The translations under genes were made by a program, and so were the position numbers. Under the pieces are notes generated by a model, which worked only from the letters and a program-made list of their open reading frames with translations, ran no database searches and was not told where the DNA came from. A DNA stretch of 64,000 nt from Thelocarpon superellum (lineage: Eukaryota): contig JAPEUG010000004.1 in NCBI GenBank assembly GCA_026025795.1, positions 1 to 64,000 of the forward strand, in the 5' to 3' direction. Shown one piece after another: positions 39,128 to 50,991 of the stretch. Within the stretch, counting starts at the first letter, position 1, and the number at the start of each line of letters is the position of its first letter.

Positions 39128-40617
39128 CTACAGACCACTATCGTTGTTGTCGCCCTCCTCATCCTCGTCCTCGTCCTCTTCCTTCCACGCCTCCTCTGTG
39201 AGGTCAATATACTGGGACTGTGGCACCAGCTGCGTCTCCTCCTCCTCCTCCTCCTCCTCCACCATCGCCTTCGCCCGCTTCTGTGCCCGGCACCGTGTCA
39301 TCGCCTCAGCCGCTCGCTTCCGCTTCCATCGTCTCTCCTCTCCCTCTTTCCCCGAGTCCTCCACCAGGACAGGCGGCGACAGTGTCGCTGTCACTGTCGC
39401 TGCTCCAGCACTTGCGACTACGATCGTGACTGCTGTGGCACCAGTCACGGTCGCAGTCGTTGTTGCTGGAGCAGCAGTCGACGACTGTGACCACGTTGCC
39501 GCCTGTCCTTGTCCCACAGCCTTCAGGACTGCAGCCTCCGGTCCTGGTGGCACCATCTTCCGCGGTCGCCATGGCCGCCTCTTCGCTGCTGCTGGTGCGG
39601 TCGCTGGCGGTAGCGCCGTCATCGTCGGCACGATCGCTGGGCTTGCTGGTGGTGCTGATGACAACGGTGGCGCTGGCGCCACCGACCGCGCTGGCAGCTT
39701 CGCCAGCCGCCGCTCCGCCTTCCTCTCCTGTGCCTCCGCAGCCTCGAGAGCTGTCATGGCTCGCTTCCTCGTGGAGCCATGACGCTTGAACTCTATCAGA
39801 CCCTCTAATCGACGGAGCGAACTGGCAGCTACAACGGCAGCTGCGCTCCAGGTCGTCTGACAGCCTGGACGCAGGACCAGGCGGCTACCCTTCAAGAGGC
39901 CACCAGCGCTCTCTGCTGCTCTGAGGAGAGTCCCTCCTGTTCCTTGATAAGCCGGAGCGAGACTGACACAAGATCGCCAGTCGGATCCTCCCACCCAGTT
40001 TCTGCTGTTCGCCGCTCGCTGTCGTCGTCGCCGCCACCGTCGCCACCACGGTCGCGTTCCTGCCCCACCGGTGAAATACCTGGGCTTGTGCCGCTGGCTG
40101 GGCAATAGGCCATGGCCCAGCCAGCTGGCACAACGTCTGGGTCATCCAGCAGCCAGCGGCGATGGACCAAGGAGACCGGATTGGCTGCCGCCTCCCCGCT
40201 ATTGGCAACAGCGATTGGCAGCAAGGTAGGCCATACCGGACTGGCAACTCACACGCTGACTGACACTCGATAGGAGCGCCTTCCTCCATCCTCCTTTCCT
40301 TGTCACCACCATCGCCACTCCCTTGGTCGCGGCGGAAGAGGAAGGTGGCTGGGCGGCTGGGTGGCTCTGGTTGCCTTCCTGCAGCAACCGTGACTGCTGC
40401 CTGGCCTCCCGCGCCTGCTCGTGTTGGACAAGGCTCTTTGCCTTGTCCCATTCTGGAATGAGGAGGTCCAGAGCGTGTAACGTGACCTGGTCAAGGAGGA
40501 GGCGGAAGGCCTCACGGTCAGGCAGCAGCCGCGGAGTGAAGAGACCGCTCTTGGCCTCCTCCTTGGCAAGGTGGTGGCTCGCCTCCTTGAGCTGTCGGTG
40601 ATGGTCCTGGAGCTTAG
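39128..40617 (-). mobile_element. Frameshifted C-terminal part of a Mutator-like (MULE) transposase
   Basis: Split over several frames: AFRLLLDQVTLHALDLLIPEW; SWIM-like CQSACELPVRYGLPCC; SLVHRRWLLD; GSTRKRAMTALEAAE; low-complexity acidic tail. Confidence 0.65.
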
Positions 40618-41359
40618 GCCGTATCGTAGCCCTTTGCCGGTCTTCCTTCTGGCGGATGATTCCAAAAGCTCCCCCACACGGCCTGACGTGTAACAGAAGG
40701 TTCGAAGTGCGGCAGTGAGCCGCACCCGTAATCCTCTTGTTTATATTCGTGCCAGTCATTCTGCCACAGCCGTCGCAGCGTACCGTCCAAGTCTCTGACC
40801 GTGGAGAAATGCTGCCGACGCGTGTCCCTCGTTAGCCCAAGCCTGAGTGCAAGCTCGCCGTCGATGTACTGAGACCGTCAGCTTTGCAGATCAACCGAGA
40901 CCCTTGAGGCATACCTTGAACACCGAGCTGTTCACCGAACTGGGGATAGATGCCCGGCCCTGCTCGGTCGCGCACCGTCGGTTCCAGGAAGAAACGAACT
41001 CTCGCCAGCCTCCGATGACAGCAGAGACTGTCGGTTTCACGCGAGTTCGTCCGTCCATGCCTAGCGCTATGAGCTCAGCAAATTGCTTCGCGGTCTGCAC
41101 GTCGTGCGGGGTGGCATCCGGGTTCTTGAGGGCATATCTGAATCCGGGATGAAACTGTCCGTCTCCGAACAAATCTGGCTCTACGACCGGCGAGGACCTA
41201 CGTTTCCCACAAGGCCCGACGTCGGTCCTGTTTCTCCTGTGTGGACTGCTCGATAGACGAATCGACGATGGCGGCGTCGATGTCGTCCTTCTTCGTCTCG
41301 TCGATTCCCCTCCACCGCGCCTGTTCCAAAACTTCTCCGGCAGACGCCTGCTTCACCAT
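40618..41359 (-). pseudogene. Truncated, frameshifted DUF3435 tyrosine recombinase (Starship captain-like)
   Basis: Exons 41359-41202, 41137-40915 and 40868-~40618 with canonical introns. Protein: MVKQASAGEVLEQAR..ALWET|YALKNPDATPHDVQTAKQFAELIALG..KPTVSAVIGGWREF..IPSSVNSSVFK|YIDGEL..RLWQNDWHEY, then a 1-nt frameshift near 40728, then RVRLTAALRTFCYTSGRVGELLESSARRKTGKGLRYG. Confidence 0.8.
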
Positions 41360-41875
41360 CTCTCGAGGCTCGCGAAGCGCGCAGGAACGGATCCAGGTAC
41401 CGGAGCGTCAGGACCACCGGAGCGACGCCGGAAAGGACGACGATGTTCGACTCCTCGCTGCAAGCTTCACCGAGCGGTCAAACGAACTCGGAATATGATG
41501 TGCGAGACCGGCGACGCACGACGTAAATGTACCCAGGCCGAGGAGCGAGAGAAGAGCGCGGTGGCTGTGGATGGAACGAGAGCGCAACGGCACACGGTGA
41601 GCGCGGACGGCCTGGGTCTCATGGACGTAGTCCCGTGTGGTGTCCGATCCCACCGCTTCAAGGGTCGCGGCACTTCGATGGCCAATGCCAGGCCGGAGCG
41701 TCCGAATTGGAGCCATGCTGGTCGGCAAGACTTGACCAGACGACGTCGCCGAAGGTGAGCAGGTAAGCGGGTGAGCGAGGCGGGTGAGGTGAGGGTCAGG
41801 CGGGGTAAGGAGAGCGGCGAGAGGGTGAGGCTTAACACGGTGGGGGAAGGTCGCGGGCGACGTGCAAAGTACTTC

Positions 41876-41913
41876 GTACAGGTACAGGTCCAGGTACAGG
41901 TCCAGGTACAGGT
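41876..41913 (+). repeat. Hexamer array (GTACAG/GTCCAG)n
   Basis: Directly visible upstream of the captain relic. Confidence 0.8.
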
Positions 41914-42246
41914 GCCATTGATATTCCTTCCTTTATGTACTTGTTGGCTTGGTCGATCTACACACCACCACTACAGTAGTCTCATGGTATTGTGGGTCGC
42001 GCAAGATGACGCCCCAACGCCCACGCTCTCGTGTCCAATACACGTAATGCTCGAGATGGCCAATGTGACAGTGTGACAGTGTGACAACGTGACAACGAGA
42101 GTTCGCCACCAGTCCCGTTCATCCCATCCCGGGCCGCCGTGGAATCGTAAGAGAAAGAAATGCTCAACGCCATCAAAATGCCCTCGCTGTTCCGTCGATA
42201 TATCTACATGTACCGCCCAAGGAGTCTCACGCCCATCTCCTGGTCC

Positions 42247-44473
42247 TCAGGGAGCGAGAGAGCCATTGGGTACGGTGGTTGTTCGGGACGGAGAGCGTCT
42301 GCGCTCCGTCTTCGGTCGCGCCAGGCTTGGTCGCGGGTGATGGGGGAGCGGAGCGGCGGGGCCGTGGGTGGTGGGGGTCTCCTTGCGGCCGACGCCGTCC
42401 GCCGCGGCCGCGTGGCCATGATCCGTCGCCTTCGTCGACCCCGCCCCGTTGCGCGTGGGCAGCGCCGCGTCGGCCGTGGGCAGCGCCACCGGCTGCAGAT
42501 ACTGCTCGAGCATCGTCTGCAGCACGTTGGCCCGCACCGGCTTGGCCAGGTAATTGTTCATGCCCGCCTCGATGCACTTCTCGCGGTCGCCCTGAATCGC
42601 CGAGGCTACGTCCCTAGTTAGCCGTCGTCGCAGAGGAGATCAGAATCAGAGGCAGAATCACGTACCGGTCATGGCGATGACGAGCACCTCGCGCACCGCC
42701 GGCCGCGCGTCCAGGCGGATGGCGCGCGTCGCGTCGTAGCCGTCCAGCTCCGGCATCTGAACGTCCATCAGCACGACATGGTAGGGCCGGCCGTGGTCTG
42801 CCGCCGTGCGCAGCGCCTCGACCGCCTGCTGCCCATTCTCATAGGCGTCGACGGCGTAGCCGAGGCGCTGTACAAATGAGATGGCGATGCGCTGGTTGAT
42901 GGGATTGTCCTCGGCGATGCAGATGCGCAGCTCCGCCCGCGCCACGCGCGACAGGTCCACGAAGCGGCCAGGCGGCGCGCGCAGCGTCGGGCTGGCGCCG
43001 TTTGGCGAGGCCATGGGCACCTTGGCCATCACCTGCGGCCCCACCGCCGCCGCGTCCCGGGGTGCCTTGGTTAGAGTCAAGGTGAAGGAGACGGTGGTGC
43101 CGCGGCCCTGCGCGCTGGTGATCCAGATGTCGCCGCCCATGGCGCCGATCAGGCTCTTGCAGATGCTCAGGCCGAGCCCGCTGCCACCGTAGCGCCGTGC
43201 CGTCGAGCTGTCGGCCTGGCTGAAGGGCATGAACAGCCGCTGGAGCTGCTCGTCGCTGATGCCGATGCCCGTGTCGACCACGTCGCAGCGCAGCCGGATG
43301 GTCTGCCCCGTCTCCTGCTCCACCGACGCGCCCACCGTCACCGTGCCGGCCGGCGTGAACTTGTAGCTGTTGCTGAGCAGGTTCATCAGGATCTGGTGGA
43401 TGCGCACCGGGTCGCCCAGCACCAGCGTCGACGGCAGCGCCAGCCGCTCCACCGTGCGCAGCGTCTTGTCGTGGTGCGTGCGCGCCAGCGCCCGCACCAC
43501 TTCCTCGATGGCCTCGCGCAGGTTGAAGGGGATGGTGACCAGCTGCATCTTGCCCGCCTCGAGCTTGGAGTAGTCGAGGATGTCGTTGATGACGGTGAGC
43601 AGGGTGTCGGCGCAGACGCGGATCGAGTCGGCGTACTCGCCCTGCGTGCGCGTCATCGTCGTCGCCTTGAGCAGCTCCGACATGCCAATGACCCCGTTCA
43701 GCGGCGTACGCAGCTCGTGCGACACGTTGGCCAGGAAGATGCTCTTGGCCTTGGCCGCCTCCTCCTTGAGCCGCAGGTTCTGCACCGCCTCAGCCTCGGC
43801 CTGCTTCGCCTTGGCCTCGGCCGCGCGCGCCTGCGCCAGCGCCCGCCGCTGTGACTCCACCATCGACGCGTTCGCGGCCGACACCTTGCGCAGGCGCTTG
43901 AACAGCAGCGCGTTGGAGATGCTGATGCCCATCTGGTTCACCAGCAGCTGCAGCACCGTCAGGTTCCGGTCCGTGAACGTGTGCGGCGGGCCCTCGAGGT
44001 AGAGCGCGCCCAGCAGCGCGTCGCCGCCATGCAGGATGGGCAGCGCAATCACCGACTTGCCCAGCGGGTTGCGTTGCAGGTACTTCTCCGACACGTGGTT
44101 GAAGCGCTCGTCCGTCAGAAGATTCTGCAGGAACACTGGCTCGCGCGCCCGCAGGCAGTACAGCGCGATCTGCTTCGACACCTGGTCCTCCACCTCCGCC
44201 TGCGCCAGCGGCAGGCCCGGGTTGAAGGCCTCCACCCCGCCGTCCGGGTCGCCGCTGGCCGCCACCGCCCACCCCACTCCCTCCTCTTCCACCAGGATGG
44301 CGGCAAAGTCGGCCGAGTTGCCATCGAGGATGAGTTCGCACATCTTCGGCAGCAGCACGCGCTCGTCGAGCTCCGACGAGATGATTTGGCTCGAGGTCAA
44401 GATGCTCTGCAGGTCAATCACGTCGATGCCGTGCCCCGACACCCCCGCCGTCGCGCCCTCGAGCTTCTCCACC

Positions 44474-44504
<31 letters not shown>

Positions 44505-47500
44505 TCGGGGCCAGCCAATCGCGCGTACGGTCCTGGCTGCTCTCGTCGCCGCTCTCGTGCCGCAGCCGGCGCTCGTTCTCGTCCACCTCGAGCCGAGCGT
44601 ACTGGCCCTGCGCGTTATCCGCCGGCGCGTCGGTCTGGCAGGCCACGTCAGCGGCGTCGGAGGGCAGGTACTCCGTCACCAGCCAGTGGTACTTGTGCAC
44701 CACCTGATCGGCCTTGCCGAACGCGCTGATGCGCCGGTAGCTCGAGATGGCGTCCTTGAGGAAGGCGCGCGCCGCCCGCTTGGCCGTGCGCCGCAGGAAG
44801 AAGCCGGCCATGAGCTCGTGGATCAGGCCCTCCTCGAGCACGAAGTCGTGCGCCTGCGCGTGATCCAGCGCCGCCTCGTACGCGGCGATGGCCTGTCCGT
44901 ACTGCGTCATGACGTCGCACATTTCCGCCGTCAGCAGGCGTGACCACATGCCGTAGTTGGCGTCCTCGACCGCCTCCCACGCCGCGATCTCCCGCTGATA
45001 GCGTCGGACCTGCTCCATCTCCGCTGAATCCTGTCGCGCCGTGCCGTCGCGCCGCATCACCGCCAACAGCGCCAGCGCGGTGTAGAAGCGTAGCAGGCGG
45101 GTGGCGCGCATGGTCCACAGGTCGTCAACGGACGCCATCGTCTGCGCGCTCAGCCGCAGCGCCTCGTCGTACTGCTCGTAGAGGTAGAGGGGGATCATCG
45201 CGAGGCTGTTGTAGAGGTCCAGCGCCCGCGACGGGCTCGACGAGTGGCTGCGGATGTGCTGCAGGTACGCCGCCGAGTCGTGATGCTCGTCCGAGAGCAT
45301 GGCCGCGCCGGCGCGCACCCGCGTCTTGCCCTGCAGCGCCCGCGCCACCTGCCGCACCGACAGGAGCAGGGCGCCGCCGCGGAGGTCGGCACCGAACTCG
45401 CGCACCTCATCCGGCGCCTGGCTGCAGAAGGACTCGATCTCCTGCAGGTCGTGCGAGACGGAGAGGCGCGTCAGGGCGATGGCGCTCATGTTCAAGACGC
45501 TGAGGATCCGGTCGCCCGCGATCACTGGGCTATGCATGCCGCCCTCCAGCGCGGGCAGGCCGGCGCGCAGATGATGCTGCAGGTGGCCCAGCATGAGCCA
45601 GTACGTCGTGTGCCCGCGCCCGAGCGCGTACGTGTCGCGGAGCCGCTCGTTGAGCGCGCGCGACAGGTCGCTGAGCTCGAGGCCGAACGCCACCTGGCCG
45701 TGCCGGCTGACGGCGATGGTGCCCAGGTAGAGGTAGCCGAGGCCGACCTGGGTGAAGGCGCCCGTGTCGAGGTGCAGCTCGACCATCTTGAGCACGGTCT
45801 GGTAGAAGAGCAGGCTATTGCTCCAGAATGCCGCGCTGACCGTCTCCACGAGGATGGCACCCATGGCCACCAGGTCGGGCGCGTCCCGAAGGGGCCACTG
45901 CAGCAGCTCCTCGCGCGTGATCGCCTTGATCCGGTCGCAGAGGCGCCCAAAGTCGGCGTCGCATCGCTCCCACGTCACCTGCTCGGCCAGCTGCAGGCCG
46001 AGCTGCGACAGGGACTGCTTGAGGGCCTGGAAAGCGCCCAAAGGATTGCCCGACTGCGCCAGGATGCGGCTTTGCAACACCCACGACGGCGCCCGGTCGA
46101 CGGGGGAGCGGGCCCGGGTGAGCGCCGTCTGGAGCAGGTCGAGGGCCTCGGTGACGCGCCCCGTCAGCCACAGGCACTCGCTGGCGCGCGTGAAGAGCTG
46201 CAGCGACTCGTCGTAGTACACATCCGGCCCCACGCTCCACGGGTCGGGCTGCAGGAGGGCAAGACAGTTCTGGTAATAGTACAGGGCCGAGGCGCGGGCG
46301 CCGCTCTCGCCCGCCTTCTGGCCGGCCTGGAAGAGCAGCTCGCGGAAGCGGCTACGATGGGCGACGCGGCGCTTGATGAGCTCCACCGACTGACACACGT
46401 GGCTGCTGCGCACGTAGATGTCGCGATCGTCGAGCCCGTGGTATTTCATCATCGTCTGGGCGATCAGGAAGTGCATCTTGGTGATGTTCTGGCACTCGCG
46501 CAGCGACACCGACGCCTGCATGTACCGGTCGTGCGCGAAGCGGAACTGGTCGTCCTCCTCGCCGGGGATGAGGATGTAGGCTTGCAAGGCCGCCTGCAGC
46601 CCGGCGACGGCGTCGGCGCTCCGACTTGACAGCAGCTCGGCCCGCTCGGTGCAGCCGGCGTGCACGTCGTCGTCGGCCTCGCGGTAATCGAACTCGCCCG
46701 TCATGAGCTTCTGCACCAGGCTAAAGGAGAAGGCGACGCCCAAGAGCGACGCCCAGGCCAGGATCGAGCGCGACGCCGGCGGGAGCTCCGTCAGGCGACG
46801 GATGACCATGTTCTTGCTGAAGCTGTCGCCATGGCAATCGGTCTCAAACTCCCGGAAGATACGGTCGAGATCGTAGTGCCAACAGGAGGACTTCCAGTCA
46901 TACCTAGTCCCTCGTCAATACGTCAGCGGGCTCGCCTCGACCCATGGGAATCCGTTGGGGGAGGAGAAGAAAGGGGGGGGGGGAGAGCGAAGAGGAACAG
47001 GGAAGGAGGAAGGGAGAAAAGGAGGGGGAGACGGACCAGAGACAGTTCTTGCGATAGGCCGTGCTGAGCATCTCTCGAATCTCAAAGGGGTTGCCATCCG
47101 TCTTCTCGCGGATGGCGCCGGCGAGCGGGACGACGTACTCGCGCGGGCGATAGAGGGCAGTGGCGACGTAGGCGACAATCTCCTCTTGGCCCAAGGGCGT
47201 CAGCTCGATGCGAGTGATGTTGGCGTGGTCAGACTCGAGCACGGAGCGCACGGTGTGACCCAGCATCTCCTCTTGGCGGTAGGTGGCGATGACGACCAGC
47301 TTGATCCGGGCCGCAACGATGTTGGTCAGCAGCTCGAGGCTCTCCTCATCGGCGAACTGCAGGTCCTCCAAGCAGAGACAGATGAACTTGTGCTGGCTCA
47401 GGAGGCGCAAGACGTCGAGGAAGGTGTTCATGAAGCGGAGCGACTTGGTGGAGGAGCCATCGCGCAGGAAGTCCGCCGTGGACGAGATGTTGGTGGTACG

Positions 47501-49849
47501 GAGGTTGTGGGAGCTGCTCTGGGAGCTGGTCTTGGACGGCACGCCGTCGATCGCGAGGGAGGTGTAGGAGGGGGTGGGCGCGAGATGGGCCGGGGTCATC
47601 GTCGTCGCGGGCAGGGTGGCGGTGGTGCCGAGGAGGTGTTCGGGGATGTCCAACATGACGTGCAGCAAGGGCCAGACGGGCTTGACGGACGATCGGATCA
47701 AGTGATGGAAGTCGGTGGCGATGTCGCTCTCGGAGAAGATCTGGCGGAAGAGCGAGGCCATGAGGCGCAAGACGGGCTCGAAAGGCTGCTTCTTGGCTTG
47801 ATCGAACTTGGTCGAGGCGGTGTAGCCGCAGCGACGGGCGGCCGTCTGCACGCTCTGCACGAGGCACGACTTGCCTAGGCCGGCGGCGCCGGCGATGCTG
47901 ATGACCTCGCAGCGGCCCTTGCGATGCAAGCGGTGCAGGCTCCGCCGCCGCGTGGGTGCCGTCGACCCGTGCGCCGGACTGTCGGAGGAGGCGGCGCGGT
48001 CCTGCGGCGAGCGGTGATCGACGGCGGCTTTTCCGGGCGCATTGGGCCGGTGGTCGGCCGACGCGACGCTCTCCGCGCTTCCGCCCACCCCGGACGAGCG
48101 ACTGGTGAGGTGTGACTGCTGACTGTCGGACGAGTTCTGGTGCACGCCGGCGGCGGCGCCCAGCATCGCGGGCGTGGCGGGCCCGGCGGAATTGGTGCGG
48201 GTGACCTCGTGGGAGCTGGCGCCGTCGCTGGAGCCATCCGCCAGCTCGGCCGCGTCCGCCACGCCTTCCGACACGGAGGAGGAGGCCGTGGAGCCAAAGC
48301 TGTACAGGTGGGCCTTGCGCGGCGTCGTTGAGGGGCCGCCACCGGAGCGCCGCGACACCCTCTCGAGGAGGCGCACGATCTGGTCGTGCTCGGCCTGCCG
48401 GCCAAACATCTGCGTCGGCAGATTCAAGTAGCTGGACACGTCGCGGGTGGCGATCTTGAAGGTCTTGAGGGCCTCGCCATCGCCATCGCCCAGGAACTTT
48501 TGCAGCGCCTGCAGATCATGCTTCAGCCCGGTGGCGGAGTGGTAGCGCTCATCGATCTGCTTCATCGTCATCTTCTGAATGATGGCCGACAGGACGTCGG
48601 GGACATCGAGGCGCTTGGACGTGACGGGCGGGATGCGTCGGCTCAAGATGCCTTGGACCACATCCATGGGCGTCGAGCCATCAAAAGGGAGCTCGGCGGT
48701 GAGCAGACTCCAGCAGAGGACGCCGAGACTGTAGATGTCCGTCCGGCTATCCGGCGCGGCGATCATGCGGCCCGTCTGCTCGGGCGCGACGAACTGCAAC
48801 TTGGTCTTGACCCCAACCTCGCGCGAGAGCGTCGACCAGCGCGCGCTCGTCAAGATGCCGTTCTCGAAGGAGCGCGGTCCGGCGCCGAAGTTGATCAGCT
48901 TGACGAGGCCGGTGTCGACGTTGAAGTGGAAAGCGTCTCCACGCAGTTCGGCATGCACGGTGCGTTGGCCGTGGTGGAGCAGCTCCAAACACTCGCTCGC
49001 ACCAATGGCGAAATCCAAGAAGGGGAGCAAGGCCATGGGCCGGCCGGACGCCTCGTCGCCGCCCACGGTGGACTTGGGCCGCGCCCCCACTGGGGGAGCC
49101 GGGCTGGCCGGGGTGCCGCGATACCAGGCCGGCCCGAAGTTGACCAGGTCCATCAGGTAGTTGCGCCCGGGGGACTCGACGATGGATACGACGATGGGCC
49201 CGCGATCGCCCTGGTGTGGCGCCAGGCGGACGAGCTCGAAGGGGCGCACGACATGTTTGCCCTCCGGATCGGCCGTCTCGAGGAGTGACAGGCAGAGGTA
49301 GTGCTCGCGCTCGAGACGCAAGGCATGGGACGAGATGCGTGCGACGACCCAGGGCGACGGGGTGGTCGGATCGGATCGGGCCGCCCAGGGAGATGAGGGT
49401 ACCGTCTGGTCCGAACGACCCGACCCGTCGCTCCCACCGTCACTGGCGGCACGCGCAGGCGATGGACGAATGGTGGAGCGGGGTGAACTCCGGCTCGAGC
49501 TGGTCTTGCTGTCCGAGGCAGCGGATGGCGATGACGACGCGGACGTAGACACAGACGGCGTCGACGCGGTCCGACGGCCAAAAATGTGCCAATTGCCATA
49601 GCTCTGCGACGCCACGTTAGCACCTGCTCCCTGGTCAAGAGGAAGGCGAGGAAGGGCCATATGCAAGGGTTCGACGAGGACCTCACGCACCGAGTGAAAG
49701 GGTGGGATCGAATCATCCCACATGTATCCCGGGATCTGGCCCAGGCGTTCCAAGAGGCGTGGGAACGAGTCGTCCAGATCTTCGACCCTGGTGTTTGCGA
49801 CAGGATCGAGGCCGTGGCCGTGGCCGTTGCCATTGTTCCGGCCGTCCAT
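42247..49849 (-). CDS. Hybrid histidine kinase: kinase-like + AAA + GAF + HisKA + HATPase + receiver (group X; Chk1/Mak2/PhkA/HHK1-like); multi-exon
   Basis: HAELRGDAF, FVAPEQTGRM, RTDIYSLG; P-loop GAAGLGKS; LEDLQFAD; FRFAHDRY; GAF region; FLANVSHELRTPL, NLLSNSYKFT, GGSGLGL; receiver IAEDNPINQ, LMDVQMPELDGY, YLAKP. Confidence 0.95.
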
Positions 49850-50991
49850 GATAGCTCTGTCACGCACGCTCACAGTTCCCACCACCACAAGGTGCACCCT
49901 CTATACCGGAGGCTGTGGCGGTTAATGGCATGCGATCATCTTCTTGCTCGCGTAGAAACGCTCTTGTGGGCCGCTCGCAATGGCGAAGAGCCCGACGATC
50001 AGCAGATTAGGAGATCATTTGATGATATGCATGAGCTTGATCTGCCTGGATCTGCCTGGATTTGCCCCGGCTGCGTTAATCCACGCATCATTGACGATCA
50101 CGTGGGCGGCGGGACTCGCTACGCCATTGCCCCGCCGCACGCCGCCAACGACGTAGACGTGTAGGAGTACGTGCCACAGCCTCCAAGGTCCACTTCGCTA
50201 CTGTTATGTGGAACGCGCTTCCGTAGAGTCATCCGGCGGCAACACCCGTACATGCTCCCTTACCTACTCGGGGCCGTTGTAGCCGTCAACCTCGCCAGGA
50301 GCATTATAAGCGTCACGAACAAGCAAGCATAGCGTGCTGTAGTTTCAGTTGATGCCCTTTTACACGAGACAGGCTCAATGCGCGCTCGGCGGAGTGCCAC
50401 TTACAGCACGGGAGCTGGATCCAAAAGGCACCAGTTGTTAGGAACCTCCCTCAGCCCGCTCGTGGACGCGCCCGCTTACCGACCAAGTGCGGGTCTACTG
50501 GTCTCAACTTTTGGTCGCCTGGTGTTTTGCGCTCATTTGGTCCATTCAAATGAAAAGACCAAGCAACCAAAAGCCGAGGCCAAACGTCCCGTAACCAACA
50601 TCGCGCTTCTTGGGTCGTTTCAAGGTAAAAAGACCAAGTTACGAAAGCGAGACCACATCGCCTGTAACTGGGATTCTCTACACCGGATCGACGACGGCGA
50701 CGATGGGTCGGGACACGGGCATGGGTAGAGTCGGGGGAGGGAAGAGGAAATAGGAAGAGGAAGACAGCGACGTGGTGTCTACGATTGGTGGCGTGACGTA
50801 GACGGTAGGTGGCAGATGGCCACCGATGTCTTGTGCCGACTCGTCTCGTCTCGTCTCGTCTCGTCTCGCCCTTTGCATGCACGCTATGTAAATCTAGATA
50901 GGGCCGGTGTCCTCCGCGGCTTCCGGCACCAGTCAACAAGGATGGGATATGGACATGTAGCAAGGATGGTATCAACAAAACGCGTATGGAT

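Larger units (their letters stand above)
34921..42051 (-). mobile_element. Putative degenerate Starship-like element (captain relic, nested MULE fragment, cargo)
   Basis: No core genes in the interval; DUF3435 relic is the first gene at one end; GTAATGCT occurs at 34921-34928 and 42044-42051. Boundaries are hypothetical. Confidence 0.45.

Noticed and set aside
20626..42100. Short tandem repeats as CRISPR-like arrays; tRNA or rRNA genes
   Set aside because: The repeats lack unique spacers, the DNA is eukaryotic, and no structural RNA gene was recognised by eye.
42881..49600. Long plus-strand ORFs antisense to the kinase (and similar ones opposite other genes)
   Set aside because: Expected shadows of GC-rich codon usage; no recognisable domains.
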